Assembly (NCBI RefSeq): GCF_009914755.1
Contig: NC_060937.1
DNA from: the human T2T-CHM13v2.0 reference genome, Homo sapiens
DNA: 64,000 nt
Strand: one strand, 5' to 3'
The position numbers and the translations under genes are program-made. Below, piece by piece: positions 18,590-34,924 of this stretch; the stretch's first letter is position 1, and every line of letters starts with the position of its first letter. Below the pieces are notes generated by a model. The model saw nothing but the letters and a program-made list of their open reading frames with translations, was not told the DNA's origin and made no database searches.

Positions 18590-19830
18590 CCCTGTATTTT
18601 CTGTGAATATAAGTCTGTAGAGATAAAATCAGCAGAAATGCATGTTCTTAATTCTAAGAATTTTTCTCGTAGTTTTTCTGGAGGGGTTAAATTTTTCCTC
18701 TATGCTTTCACTTTTTGGAATATTTTTTGAATGGCCACTCATCTTTTCTCTTTTATTTTCCATTAAAAAATTCTAATTTCTGTGAGCTTTTTATGACTTT
18801 ATCTTTTACTTCTTTTATTCTGCCATAATCTTTCTTGTTCTCAAATGGTTCTTAAAAATAGCATTTTATTTTAGTTTCATTGCTGTAATATCTTCTCCTA
18901 TCTGTGAGCATATTAATTACAGTTTTTAAAGAAGTTTTCTTTTACTCCCTGCATTGCCTTTTTTCTTACAGCCTTCTTTGTCCCATGTAATGGTTTTGGT
19001 CTCTTTTCCTGAAGTAGTTTTCCTCACAAGTGTTGGGGATCATTGGCTGTCATTCATATCTAAACGTGAGCCCCTGAAAAGCTAAATAGAAGCCTGGAGT
19101 GCGTGGGTAGGATCATGATCTGATATGGTCAATGGGTAGGGATTTGGCTTTTTACTGGGGACACCCAAATATCTTTACCTGTGTGTCTTTCTCTTGGGCC
19201 TATCAATTTTCTCTGGGAGGATTCCTCTCTATGCTCTTGTCTTGAAGGTTTAAGTTCAGTTCCAGCACTGGGGAAGCAGGAAGGGAAGAGAGATGGAGGT
19301 TCTCTCCATTCAGCCTGCGATATTTTAAATCTCCTAATCTTAGGAACATCTCATCTTGCTCTCATCTGTGCCTGAGTCCTGGATTCCAGCACCTGGCTTG
19401 TTGATCCCCCACTAGAGAGTGAACCTCATCTTCTGCCTATTGAAGGAAGGGCTGTGGCCTGGCAATGTGGGTGGGACATTTATCGAGGCACAAACTGCTT
19501 ATTGCACAGGGTTGTAACCAATCCTCCTGTTTTCAGCCCAACCTTGCTCCTCTGTCTTTCAGGGTACCTAGTACCTATGATCAGTTCCTGGGCCTTTCTG
19601 GGGTCCTGTGGTGCAAACAGGCTTGCCTCTGTTTGCCTTCCTGTGGACACTTAGATTCGGTTTTCTTTGTTGACTCTTCCATGCAGTTTCCATGGTACAA
19701 AATGTTATTGACATTTCTCATCTGCTGTTGGCTCTACTCCTGTTCTTTTTGCTTTTGTATATTTTTAGCTCCTTAATTCTTTTGCTGTCATTTTATGGGG
19801 TTTTAGGAAGGAGTGGAGATAAGCACCTGT
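18590..19830 (-). mobile_element. Ancient L1/HAL1-like 5'/ORF1-region relic
   Basis: Long T-rich degenerate tract typical of antisense old L1 5' regions; family not resolved. Confidence 0.45.
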
Positions 19831-19849
19831 GTTTACTTAGTCAGAAGTC

Positions 19850-20000
19850 CACCCATGAAATTTTTAACAATACACAGGCACCTAGGCCCCATCCCTAAAG
19901 ATTCTCATTCAGGGATCCGGGGTGGGATCTGGGCACTGCTATATTTTAAGGGCTCTACAGGAGGCTGATGGAGTGAGCTGACTTCGTGGCCCACTGAGCC
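19850..20000. mobile_element. MER5-like hAT-Charlie MITE
   Basis: ggccccatccctaaagattctcattcaggg...tgggcactgctatatttta. Confidence 0.65.
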
Positions 20001-20654
20001 CTAATGGAGTGTGGTTTGAACACATTTCTCATGCATAGTTGTCTTTTCTCCTTCTTGCTGAAGCACAACAGTGGAAAACAGGTTTGAAAAGCATTTATTG
20101 GGTGCTTTCTATGGCCCTGGAACTGTATTAAAAGATTCTGTTGATTGCTGATGATTGAATCAAACAGTGTTGGCCGTGAATTTTTGGCTGATGTAAGTCA
20201 GTGGTGGCAAAGGTAGGTACTCAAGCACCACGTGGGCTTTTCTGGTCTCCCACCAACTCTTTTCTTTCTGTGTTGGCTTCATCCTGCATGAGGCTAGGAC
20301 CGTTTCCACTCTCAGATTTGGTCTTTCATTATTACAGATTCAAGTGGAGAGCGTGAAGTTCTCTCCCTCTCACCACGCTATTTGCCTTCCTGCTCAGGTC
20401 TGAGCAATGCTGGGAAGACCTCTGGGAGGCCCAGCATGGGCCAGGTTTTACCTCCTAACCCATAATGTTAAGATAATGGCAGCTTCAGATCCTCTAGTGA
20501 ATGGACAGGAGGGATGGCTCTCCTGAGGGTAAACCTGAGGAGAAGAGAGAGAAAGGGTTGTATTTAGAAGTAAAGAGTGCAGGGCAAAGAGAAAAAGAGA
20601 TCCATTACAGTCCACACCCTTGGCTATTCAGTGCCTGGGTATGAACGTGCATGT

Positions 20655-20690
20655 ACACACACACACACACACACACACATACAAACACAC
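20655..20690. repeat. (CA)n microsatellite
   Basis: Direct inspection. Confidence 0.95.
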
Positions 20691-21057
20691 TCCTTCCAAG
20701 GCATTTCCAGAAATGTCTCATCCAATTTAATGGAACTATCCCATGGAAAGATTACACGCTTACTTATTTCCTCAGCATCTTGAAATATTTCAAAGTCATG
20801 TCTAACTCATGTATATCTTGTATACCCAACCACATCATTGGTGATGTTCATTCCTTTTCATCAGTTCCAGGAGAAGCTTCTTAGGATCTTGCAATTTATA
20901 GATGATATGATATATTTAAGTACTCTCAATTTGCCCAAATCTCTAAAGTCTCAGTGGGCTGAGTCCCCAGACATGGCAGGTAATCATTTAACAAAGAGCT
21001 TAACTGACTCTCACCAAAGATTGCTGTCAGAAAGAAGGAGTCCCGACTGCCTTCACT

Positions 21058-21560
21058 TGCTATTCTGGTTATCTGTTGCTGTTCAACAAATCACCCAAAA
21101 CAGTGGTTAAAGCAATTATAATAATTTATTTTGCTCACGATTCTGGCGGTTGACTGGGCTCAGCAAGGGAGGCTTTACTCATGGTATCAGACAGAAGCTG
21201 AGGGGTTCTTGCAAAGACTTCAACCCATGAAGGTGGTAAATGAGCTGGGAAGACTCCAATAGCTGGGGCTCCTCAGGCAACCCCCTCCACGCAGTCTGTC
21301 CACATGGCAGCCTCGGGGATCTGAATTTCTTCTGTGGTGACTGAAGGCTCCCAGAGTGAGAATCCCAAGAAAAACTGTCAGAAGCTCCATGGCTGTTTCT
21401 TTCCTAACCTCAGAAATCATATAGTGTCATTTCTACCACATTCTGTTAATCCAGGCAGTCACCAAGACCTGCCCAACTTCAAGAAGAAGGAACAGAGATT
21501 CTACCTCTTGATGGAAGGAGTGGTAAAGAATTTGCAGATGTTTGTTAAAACCTCCATAAC
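21058..21560 (-). mobile_element. Old MaLR/ERVL LTR (MLT1-like)
   Basis: gttatctgttgctgttcaacaaatcacccaaaacagtggttaaagc start. Confidence 0.7.
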
Positions 21561-22019
21561 CTTAATTCAGCCAGTTCCACATTTCAGGTTCTGTTACTTT
21601 AAATACCCCACTTCTGGCTATTACAAGATTCTTTTGCCTGTATGGGACATAAACACAATTCAAATTAGCGTATAGCCAAACTACAGAAGGTCCAGGTGAC
21701 TGGAGCCAGGGGCTTCAATATCTGCTGTCTAGGTTCCTTTTGAAGAGTCTCATTGACTTGCTTAGGACACACACCCATCCCTCGACCAGTGAGGGTAGTT
21801 ATGGGGCGTGTACCGTGCTTGGCATAACTTGGAATGGGTGATCACCTCTTGATTTGTCACTGTCTTCAAGGTCATGTAAAAAGGCAGCAATTCCCATTTG
21901 GATTGCTATGGTGAAGTTGGGGGAGGAAGGGTAATTCCCCAAGAGAAGAGGAATGCTTTCCCAGAAGAGGCAGAGGTGATGGGCTGGCGGAGCCACACAA
22001 TTCCACTCAACGTTTGCAT

Positions 22020-22235
22020 CTGTCATCTCATTTCATTCCAGCAACAACCCACCATGTAATAGTAGTACTTTGGTTACTCTCTTTCAGCAAATGAAAAAAA
22101 AAAGAAAAAAAAAAAAAGAAAAGAGGCTTAGGGATATTCAATGTCATGTTCAAGGTTACACAGCCAAGTGTGGCAGCACGAGTGCTTGAGCCCAAGCATG
22201 TCTGAGTGCAAAGTCCGTGCTCTTAATATTCTTCC
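22020..22235 (-). mobile_element. MIR with internal A-tract
   Basis: tcatctcatttcattccagcaacaaccc; caaggttacacagc. Confidence 0.6.
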
Positions 22236-22938
22236 CTCTCCCCTGCCGGTAGCCCACGATCTTCGGTGCAGTCAGTGTAGGTGAGTGTCTAGAGGAGCTA
22301 AAGAGGGTGAGAGAGAGCACCCCAGGAGGAGCCCAGGAGGGTCTCTAGCCACTGGTTCTGACATTTTGCTTTCTCTCCCGGCTACCCCACCGTCTTCTGC
22401 CTGCCATCTTGTTTCCACTTGAGCTTCTGTCACCACTCCTCCAGGCGCCACGTGGGGAGGTGGACTGATCTTTGTTCATTACTTAGGTCCAGGTGTCTGC
22501 ATCCTTTCTGCCCATGGTTCAGTTGAAGTAAAGTTGGACTTTTCCAGAGGAAATCTTATTAGGAAATGCACTGGAAAAACAAATCCAAACCAGACAATAC
22601 AGAAATACAAGAGGGAGGAAATGAATGTGATCATAGAGTGCTGAATTCCTTACTTTAGTTTCACAAAAGTTCTGCCCCCAATTAGTCTGGGCGCCACTGC
22701 TGGCCAGGTCCCCAAACAGCTTGTTTCTTTCCCCAGCATTTCCTGGTATGATTTCACAGAGACACTTTCACCAGCTTCTTCGTGAGGCTGGTTCATAAGG
22801 GTAGGTTTAGTGTAGTTGGTCACAAAGGCCTAGACTCACCAGTGGCCACCAGGTCTCCAGGGAAGAAACCATCATCCTTGATCAATGGCCTTCTCTCATC
22901 TGAAAAAGACTGGATGGCCCCATACCTTCCAAGGTCTA

Positions 22939-23346
<408 letters not shown>

Positions 23347-24219
23347 TCAGGGCCTTTTGCTCAGACCTTTTCCAGGGGCTCCTCCTGGGGCATGGCATGG
23401 CAGAATTCTGATTGCTGTAATTTTTCAATCTCAAAATGCCACATGTTTACAGTAATGACAACCCACATGTAGTTAGAGGAAGGGGGAACAACAAGAGATT
23501 TCCCTTTCTAGATCTTTGTAGACCCCAATATTACAGGAGAAACTTTTGTTTGTGCAAGAAAGAAGCAGAAGAACCTGAGGCAGGTGTTGTTTCCAAGCTT
23601 AGGGCTCAAGGGTTGGGGAGGGAACATTGTTTTTAAACAGTCGAATGCATGACAAAGTAAAATCACAACAGTTTGACAGCACAATTTTAATAAGTTTTGC
23701 TTTTTTCTGGCACCGATATTCATCAAGTTATGGCTTGAAGCAATAGAGGGAATGATAAGGAAAGAAACAAGTGTTGAGACATAAGTAGTCACTGTGGTGG
23801 GCGCCTTGAATGTTATTTTGTTGTGAGAATTGTTCACGCCGTTGATATTCCCAAATGCTTTACCAGCTTAAATTAAAAAATGATTATTTAATATATTCAG
23901 CTCTTCTGCCTACCCCTGAGAGAACAAACATTACGGTCTTCCACGTCGCTGAAGGTGGAGCAGGAGTGGATTCATAACTCCACAAAGCCCTCCTCACCCA
24001 CCCCTGTCTCCTGCAAGTTGGGGTCATGTTCCACCACCTTGCAGGCTGCAGCTGAAAGCCATGGAGAACTCAGCTTTTCTGGGGTGCTTCAGAAGATGTG
24101 CAGGGATGTGATGCTTGTGGAGGGAGAGGGGCGGCAGCTGCTGGGGCCTGCATAGAATGCTTGGACATTCTAGAAATCCTGTAATTTAGCCAATTATTAT
24201 GATCATGATTATTATGATT

Positions 24220-24811
<592 letters not shown>

Positions 24812-25339
24812 TCATTTCATTATTGAATCATTCTTTCATCCATTTCCTGTGCAATGCTACATGCTGACTCTGTGCTGGGTGCTGCAGATGCAGGTGAGAA
24901 ACAGGCAGTCCTACTTCCTGACTCTAAAGATTGTTCTCTGTCCCTACGTGGAGCCCCAGGCCTGCTTGGGGGGTTGGGAGGTGCTCTGAAGCAGGTTTGC
25001 CTCCAAGTGTCACACAGTCCTACTGGACCTTAGGAAAATTCATGAATGTAGTGATAGTTCAGGTACGCGTCAAGGTGTTCTACTTGGGGAGGTGTTGGGG
25101 GTGTAGGAGCCTGATGTTGTTTTGGGCATTGCACTAAATAGGTGACTGGCCCTTGTAAGGCTGGCCCTGTGATATTCCCTTACTACACAGTCCTGTGAGC
25201 CTGGGGTCTCTGGGTTTCTGACAGCCTGCTTCAAATGAGGATAAAATCTGACTTCCTCATTAGCATCAGTGACAGATGGCCTGCATATCTTGACTACCCT
25301 AAGTAACACCAAATAAGAATGATACACACGTTTGTGAAG

Positions 25340-26000
25340 GATTTCGTACTTAGAGTTGTCAAATCGTGTCGGTTTTCTACCTCTGCAGTGTCTCTCCCAT
25401 CTATCAATTTTCCCCTTCCCATCTCTACCGTCCTAGTTCAATCCCTCATTATCTCTTGCCTAAGCTTATTGCGTCTGCTTTCTTACTAGTTTCTCTGCCC
25501 CCATTCTCTCTGTCTTTGAAATCATCCCACATAATGCTGCTGGATTAATCTTCTTAAAGTAGAGCTCAGATCTCATCATTCCTTGACTCAGAAACGTTCG
25601 GAGAGTTCTTTCCATTGTTTATTAAATTAAGAGAACACTCTTTAGGCCTAGCACAAGGTAAGCACCCCCTCCACCACGTGGCTACGTCTTCCCTCCCTGT
25701 ATTTTCTCCCATAGCTCATGCTCATACACCCAACATTTCAGCCAGCTTGGGCACTGCTGGTTTGCAAGCTTGCCCTGCATGTTATTACTTCTCCGCTTTT
25801 GCTTTTCCTGGCTTTCTGGTTGAAAAGTTCCTTCTCATGATCTTTGCCGACTGAAACCCTACCTATCCTTCCAGACCCAGCTAAAATGCTTCATCATTCA
25901 TAAGCCTTTCCTGCTCCCACAATGGTGGTATCATTGTTCCCACCTGAGCCACCATAGCAGGTACTTTGTCCCTCTCTTATGACAACTGTCATAATTAGAG
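25340..26000 (+). mobile_element. L2 relic
   Basis: acctatccttccagacccagctaaaatg; tctcatcattccttgactcagaaac. Confidence 0.65.
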
Positions 26001-26685
26001 GTGAGAACCCTCTTTGGATAGCAAGCTCATGAGGCCAGTGACTTATGTCAGGCACCCAGAGAATGTCTGTTGACTCTGGTGAAGGAGCAGCTCATCCACC
26101 TGCGCATTCCTGGCATGTAGTACATATCATATGGGTCTTCTTGTTTTGTGGAAAAATAGAACTGAGACCCTTTAGATAAGCTACCATTGTGATGGTAAAG
26201 CAAGAGTAGTTCATACATTGCATACATGTTCATGATTACAGTCTGGAATGTACAAACAGAAATCCAACCCAAACTAGTTTAATCAAGAAAGGGACTCATT
26301 GGAAGGACATGAGTTTGCAGAATTGAAGAGAAAAATGAAGGGTAGTTTTGGGGACCTTAGGGACTAGAACCAACAGTGCTGTGTGTTGCACAGACCTTAT
26401 TTGCATCTGTTACTGATTTCTCTCTGAGAGTTAACATTAAGATAATGGTGGAGGTAATGAGTAGTGAGAAGGATGAATGAGTATGGAGTGGGCTTGCCTG
26501 GGTCATATATGACCAAATAAGGAGATTAAGTGAATGAACAAGCTTGGTCTTAGTGCTTTTGGCCCAAACTGTGAGATTTATGAGAAGACATCCCTCCAGA
26601 TTGACCCTAATTGTTTTCTATGGCTCCTGTAGACCCACAGGGGCAGCCTCACTTTTCCTTTTGCAGATGGACAGAAGAGTCAGAA

Positions 26686-27046
26686 TGCTATGGTCTGAAT
26701 GTTTGTGTCGCCTCCAAATTCATATGTTAAAATCCTTACCACTGAGGTGATGGTATTAGGAGATGGGCCTTTTAGGGGTTATTAGGTTAATTAATCATAC
26801 ATTGGATAAGTGCCTTTATAAAAGAGACCCCAGAGAGCTAGCTTGGCCCTTCTTCCATGTGAAGACACAGTGAGAAGTCACCATTTATGAACCAGGAAAT
26901 GGGCCCTCACCAGACATTGAATCTGCTGGTGTCTTGATCTTGGACTTCTCAGCCTCCAGAACTGTGAGCAGTAAATTTCTGTTATTTATAAGCCCCCTAG
27001 TCTAAGGTATTACATTTTGTTTTAGCAGCTCAAAGGGACTAAAACA
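26686..27046 (+). mobile_element. MaLR solo LTR (MLT1A/MSTD-like)
   Basis: tgctatggtctgaatgtttgtgtc start, ttggacttctcagcctccagaactgtgag, CA end. Confidence 0.9.
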
Positions 27047-28419
27047 AGAGAGTCAGAAGGACAAGTAACAGAGAGCTCAGAGCTGGAGCTGGAGATGGCT
27101 GGTTATGATGGTGGAAGCAGAGAGCAGGGTGGGTGAATGGCCAAGCCACTCCAAGAAGGATTATAGTTCTTGACTACTAATTCTGGTTTAGGCATGGCAC
27201 ATTGGAAGTTGAGCCTTTTAATGAACATAAGTTGATAAAAATGTCCTTGTCGCAGGAGCAATTAGATCACTGGAAAGGACTTGGAAGAATAACTGAAGAA
27301 ACAGGTAATAAGAGACACATGAATCTGTGAGTCTATGACTGATGATAAGAGACATCTGCCTACCAGAGGTAATGTGAATATTTAATGTTGTGAATCCATA
27401 AATATTTAACTACATTCAAATATTTAGCTACTAAAATTGCCTCTCTAAAAAAATGAGATTTTCTGAATACAGGGCCATTTTTCTCAAGGCACAGTATAGT
27501 CTGAGCAATTCATTAAAAAAATCATTTTTGACAACTTACCATCGATTACAGAGTGCAGCCCAGTGCGTGGTGGGATCCCATCTGATACACTGATCAGACA
27601 GAGTGTAATAAAAGCCCTGATCTGGCTATCTCTCATCACACACAGGATGTCGGAAAACTGCTCCTGGTTTCTTGACATTTATAGATCATATCCTTCCCTT
27701 GCTTTCCCTAGGGCATCTTGTGAGACTCTCCTCTGAGCAAAATTATTGTGCCACAGTATAGAAAATATATGCACTGAGGAAATGGTTAACAACAGCAAAT
27801 CAAATAATAGCTAACAGTGGGAGTTGAACTTGTGAAGGGGGAGGAGGGGAAGACAAATTTCCAGGACTTTTGGCTGCAGACACATCCTCAGGCAAATTAA
27901 TGCATGGAAATGGAGGACTTGGGACTTAATTCTCCAGAACCATCTGTGCCCCGTGTCCTTAGGAAAGCCTCTACATAACCCCAGGGCTCCGGTTCTTCAG
28001 TCTGAAGATTGCTGCTCTTCACACATCCTTTGTCTCTCCAATTCTTATCTGTGTCTGAAGCACTTTTTTCTCTCTCAACACTTTCTCTACCTTCAAATTT
28101 CAGAGAAGACAGCTGCCAACCAAAAAGAAGGGGCCTCAGTAGGCCTCTACCTACCGGTCCTTATCAATGTCATCACCATTGCTGAAGCCTTTACCACCTC
28201 CACTTCCGTTCCCATCACAGCCTCCTTGATTTCCAAACTATGGTTGTCCACTTTAAGCACTTCCTTCTCTATTACTTGATAAATGATTAATTGATTATCC
28301 AACATGGACTTTGGTTCTGTCTGCTACCTTAGAGAGGCCCAAGGAGTCCTTTGAAGACATGGAAGAGACACATGTGTGTAAGTGTATCGGCAAAGGGGCG
28401 TTTATGACATCAGCAGTAT

Positions 28420-29460
<1,041 letters not shown>

Positions 29461-29610
29461 TTAAGGCACCTGCCCTGGTTACCCCCCTCGGCTCCTTAGC
29501 ACATTGCACATTTTTAAGTCCTTGTTTCAACCTTGGTGGTTTCACATATTAGTCTTCTCTCCTGAACTGTAAACTCCTTGCATGCAGGATTTGTGTAACT
29601 TATTTTTGTA

Positions 29611-29687
29611 TAAGGCTGACCATATTAAATCGCCAATATCTGACTTTTTTCTTCCTACAAAAACAGCAGTTCAACAGAGTCTAGCCT
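29611..29687. mobile_element. MADE2-like mariner MITE inside an L2 3' end
   Basis: ~80 bp with gccaatatctgac...cctacaaaaa core and degenerate inverted ends. Confidence 0.55.
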
Positions 29688-30427
29688 GCTGTCTCCTCAG
29701 CACTCAGCACCAAGCCAGGCTCTTGACTGAACTGACTTGAATAGATTTTACATTGGTATTTGTTGTTTACAAATAGGCTGGTTTTCTGTCTCACATGAAC
29801 ATCCTTAAATTTATTCACAGTGTTAATACAATTTGCGGGATAATTTATACTTGCATTTTGTAAATATAGTTCAGGTGTGTGTATAATGGGACGATTATTG
29901 ATGTGTTTGTGCAGGGAGAAAGAGATTGCAAATGGAACTTCAAGATGAATTCTAGAAGCAGCACCGCCTCTGACTGTGAGGAAAAATAGGCAAACCTTTA
30001 ATTCTTTCTGGTTCTTGATTTCTTTTTAAGACTTGTCAGCTAAAGAAAGGCTGGTGTAAAGGAGGCTTGAACCAAGGCTAGTGTAATTTTTTCTACCCGA
30101 AGGAAGCCTTCAAACTGCCTGGCTCTGAGAGAACACTGACGGTGGCGTTGGATGGGAATGACTGTTCGTCAGCATGTGACTTCTTTAAGGACAGCCCATT
30201 TGTCTGGAGGAATTACCCACATTTCGTGGATAAGGATTTGTCCTTTCTTTTCTTCATTACAAAAGGTATGATATTAGACTTTAGTGATTGATCTCTGGCC
30301 TCAAATTTTCCCTAGGCTCAGATAAGAGTTCTCTTTTTGAAGATAGGAGGTCGGTTTGCTGTTGGAGAAAAAAAATTAACTATGCAAACTTGGGGAACTA
30401 GACAAGAGCCCTCCTTTTTAAAGAAAT

Positions 30428-30500
30428 CTGTCTCCCTCTCTCTCTCTTCTCTCCTCTCTCTCTCTCTCTGTGTGTGTGTGTTTGTGTGTGTGTATGTGTA
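30428..30500. repeat. (TC)n(TG)n compound microsatellite at L1 tail
   Basis: Direct inspection. Confidence 0.9.
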
Positions 30501-31193
30501 ATTTCAACTTTTATTTTAGATTCACAAGTACATAAGCAGGTTTGTTACATGGGTTTATTGTGTGATGCTGAGGTTTGGGGTGTGATTGAATCCATCACGC
30601 AGGTAGTGAGCATAGCACTCAACAGGTAGTTTTTCAAGCCTTGCCTCCTCTCTCCCTCCTCCTTCTTGTAGTCCTCGGTGTCTATTGTTCCCATCTTTAT
30701 GTCCATGTGTACCAAATGTTTAGCTCCCATTTATAAGTGAGAATATGCAAAATTTGGTTTTCTGTTTTTGTGCTAATTTCCTTAGGATAATGGCCTCTAG
30801 CTGCATCCATGTTGCTGCAAAGGACGTGATTTAGTTCTTTTTTATGGCTGTATAGTATCCCATGGTGTATATGTACTACATTTTCTTTATCCAATCCACC
30901 ATTGATGGGCACCTCAGTTGATTCCCTGTCTTTGTGACCGCGAATAACGCTGTGATGAACATATGACTACATGTGGGTTTTTTTGGAAGAGTGATTTATT
31001 TTCCTTTGGATATGTACCCAGTAATGGGACTGCTGGGTCGAATGGTTGTTCCACTTTTAGTTCTTCGAGAAATCTCCAAACTGCTTTCCACATTGGCTGA
31101 ACTAATTTACATTTCCACCAACAGTGTAAAAGGGTTCCCATTTTTCCCCAGCCTCGCCAACATCTGTTATTTTTTGACTTTTTAATAATAGCC
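30501..31193 (-). mobile_element. 5'-truncated primate L1 (L1PA15/16 or L1PB-like) 3' end
   Basis: ORF track gives L1 ORF2 C-terminal peptide KKSKNNRCWRG...LLHCWWKCKLVQPMWKAVWRFL; typical 3'UTR. Confidence 0.93.
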
Positions 31194-31699
31194 AAGGAAT
31201 GTGTGCGTTTGAAGAAGAGATTGCCACTTCTCACAGATGGTGCATTCTCCTTTGAGAGAAAAGCCTGAGACACACACCCATGGATCTGAGGCACTAGAGG
31301 GGCGGGAGAAGAGGGCAGGTCCTTGATCTCTTCCACCTGCCATAGCTGGACAGCCTGTCTTTCTGCCAGCCCCAGCAGGAGGCCAGCCTTGCCCAGAATG
31401 AGCCAGGTAGGGTCAAAGCTGAGAAATAGAATGGTCGTTGAGCTTGGAAGTGGCATCGTAAGTTTTCTTAAGTAACTTAAAATCAGAGTTCATTAGAACA
31501 TTAGAGCCAGAGGGATCTTACAAATTGTCTTGTTTCCTAAGGTTCTGTAGGATATTTTTAGGTGTTGAGAAACAAGGGAGGAGGCGTTCTAGGGTCATGG
31601 CAGTTGGGAAAAGCTGATTTAGCAGATGCTGCCGGTGCTCTGCTGTATCCCTCTAGTCTTACTGCTTCAGTGCAAGAGGCTGATGTCCAGGAGCTCGAG

Positions 31700-32075
31700 T
31701 CTGAATCTTTTTGTCTAGGGTCCTTTCTGAAGCCATGGAGGGCTGTTCTGTCCTCAAATAATGGGCCAAGAGTGCCAGGAGCTTGACACTCACCACAAGC
31801 CGTCCTCAGACTATAACTGGCGGGCGGTGGTGTATAAACACCCCAGCTCCCCCACCCCTTAGGTGTGATCACTGAACTGTGTCCTACTCTAGCTTCTAGA
31901 ATTTCTGCAGTGGGATTGTGAGCTGGTTGTCCCAAGGGCAGCTAACTTGATTAGGTATCCTTTAAGACTGACTTTCCTTCCTGATTTCCTTACTGTTTTC
32001 CCTTCACTTCCCAAATAAACTATTTGTATTCAAATCCTTGGCTCAGTGTCTGCTTCGGGAGCCCAAAGTGAGATC
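31700..32075 (+). mobile_element. ERVL LTR16-like relic
   Basis: cccaaataaactatttgtattcaaatccttggctcagtgtctgcttc 3' end. Confidence 0.6.
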
Positions 32076-32084
32076 GTGGGTAAA

Positions 32085-32270
32085 GAAAAATGAACAGATT
32101 TCTTTACCACAGAATTTTGCAGATCCTTTAACATGCTAATGTGTTTTGTGAATATCCAAAAGAGGGATTAAGTCTGCAACATGTCCCAAATATTTGACTA
32201 CAAAACCATATTTTTTCCCCATAGATATCTCTTGACATCAGTATTCCAAGCAAAATATTTTGGGAGACAT
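32085..32270. mobile_element. Old hAT-Charlie-type MER relic
   Basis: tttaacatgctaatgtgttttgtgaatatccaa; related sequence near 59510-59700. Confidence 0.45.
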
Positions 32271-32671
32271 TCTCTTTATTTCACTGATGAAAACATTGTC
32301 AATCTCTACATTCTACTGACCAGAGGACTAGTTCCAGGAAAGTCAAAGACTCCTCTCAAGTGTCACAGCCAGGAATGACAGAATTATGGTTAGAATCTTG
32401 GTTTCCTGGTACCTGGTCCTCTTATCTCTTCACTACACCATTTTGCATCTGCACATCATTACAGGGCAGCCCAGGGTCAGAGTTCTGAAGCCAAAAAACA
32501 CAGAATTGGGAGTTAGGTCCCAGGGGTTCTGTCTGGTCTCCATCGCCAGCCAGCTGTGCCTCTCTGCTCAGCCGTTTATAATAATCCTTTGCCTCCCCCT
32601 CTTCATATATTACCAGAGAGTTAAGTTAGCCTTTTTTCTTGTGGTAAAATATGCATAATATAAAATTTACC

Positions 32672-32975
<304 letters not shown>

Positions 32976-33200
32976 AAGTTACCATTTATACCACTTTTAG
33001 GTGTACAGTTCAGTGGCATTAATTACATTCACACTGTTGTGCTACCATCACTACCATCCATCTTCAGAACTTGTTTATCTTCCCAGACTGAAACTTCATA
33101 CCCATCAAACAATAACTCCTCACTCTCCTTTCTCCCCAGCTCCTGGCAACCACCCTGCTACTTTCTGTCTGTATGAATCTGACTATGCAAGGTACCTCAT

Positions 33201-33620
33201 TGTATTAGTCTGTTCTCTCATTGCTATAAAAAAAATACCTGAGACTGGGTAATTTATAAAGAAAATAGGTTTAATTGGCTCATGGTTCTGCAGGCTGTAC
33301 AGGAAGCATGGCAACACTGCTTGGCTTCTGGGAAGGCGTCAGGAAACTTACAGTCATGGTAGAAGGGGAAACGGGAGCAGGCACTTCACACGGCCAGAGC
33401 AGGAAGAAGAGAGATTGAGGTGGAAGGTGCCTCACACTTTTAAACAACCAGATATCACAAGAACTCACTACCACAAGAACAGCACCAAGAGGATGGTGCT
33501 AAACCACTCATGAGAAAACCACCCCTATGATCCAATCACCTCCCACCAGGTCCCACCTTCAACACCAGGGATTATACTTCAATAGGGGATTTGGTGGGGA
33601 CACAGATCCAAACCATATCA
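33201..33620 (-). mobile_element. MaLR solo LTR (MSTA-like)
   Basis: tgtattagtc...ccaaaccatatca ends; TSD ctcat/cccat. Confidence 0.92.
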
Positions 33621-34192
33621 CCCATAGAAGTAGAATCATACAATATTTGTCCTTTGTGTCTGGCTTATTTCACTTAGTATAATGTTTTCAAGGTTCATTC
33701 ATGTTGTAAAACATGTCAGAATTTCCCTTAAGGCTGAATACTATTCCACTGTATGTGTATACCACATTTTGTGTATCCATTCATCCTTCAATGAACATTT
33801 GGGTCGTTTCTACCTTCTGGCTACCATGAAATAATGCTGCCAGGAAGACTGGTGTACAAATATCTATTCTGGTACCTGCTTTCAGTTCTTCTGTGTGTAT
33901 ATGAAGAAGTGGGATTGCTGTGTATATACACAACCATATGATGGGTCTATGTTTATTTTTTTTGAGGAACTGCTATACTTTTTTCCATAATGGCTGTACC
34001 ATTTTACATTTCTATCAGCCGTGCACAAAGGTTCCAGTTTTCCTCATCCTCACCAATACTTACTATTTTCTGTTTTTTATTTTTATTTTTATTTTTTTGT
34101 TGTTGTTTTTAAATAATAGCCCTCCAAATGGGTGTGAAGTGGTATCTCATTATGGTTTTGATTTACATATCTCTAATAATTAGTGAAGTTTG

Positions 34193-34529
<337 letters not shown>

Positions 34530-34666
34530 TTATCTGTATATCTTCTTTGGAGAAATGTCTATTCAAGTCCTTTGCCCATTTTTAAATTGGGCTTTTTTTT
34601 TGTTGGGTTGTAGGAGTTATTTTTTAATATGCTTTGGATGTTAATCTCTGTTAACTGACTTTAAAA

Positions 34667-34924
34667 AAACATTTTTACAAATGTCTTTATTCTCTTATTT
34701 ATTGGAAGACAGCTGGATTCTTAGATTTGCTTCTCTATTTAGTCTTTTATGATTTCACACATCAAAACCCCCCTGGAAAACTCTGTTGGACACTTGTGAA
34801 AGAATGAGTGTGAAACAGAGAAATTAACATCTTAGTTTACTATAAAAATAGTTTCGATCCCATGAACCCTTTCAAGAGTCTTAGGAACCCCCCACGTTCC
34901 CTGACCACACTTTAACAACCACTG
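34667..34924. mobile_element. hAT-Charlie-type DNA transposon fragment
   Basis: Ends gaccacactttaacaaccactg (reverse of CAGTGGTT TIR). Confidence 0.55.

Noticed and set aside
30914-31456. 180-aa ORF with L1 ORF2-like C-terminus
   Set aside because: Chance read-through into a 5'-truncated, dead L1; no RT or endonuclease domain
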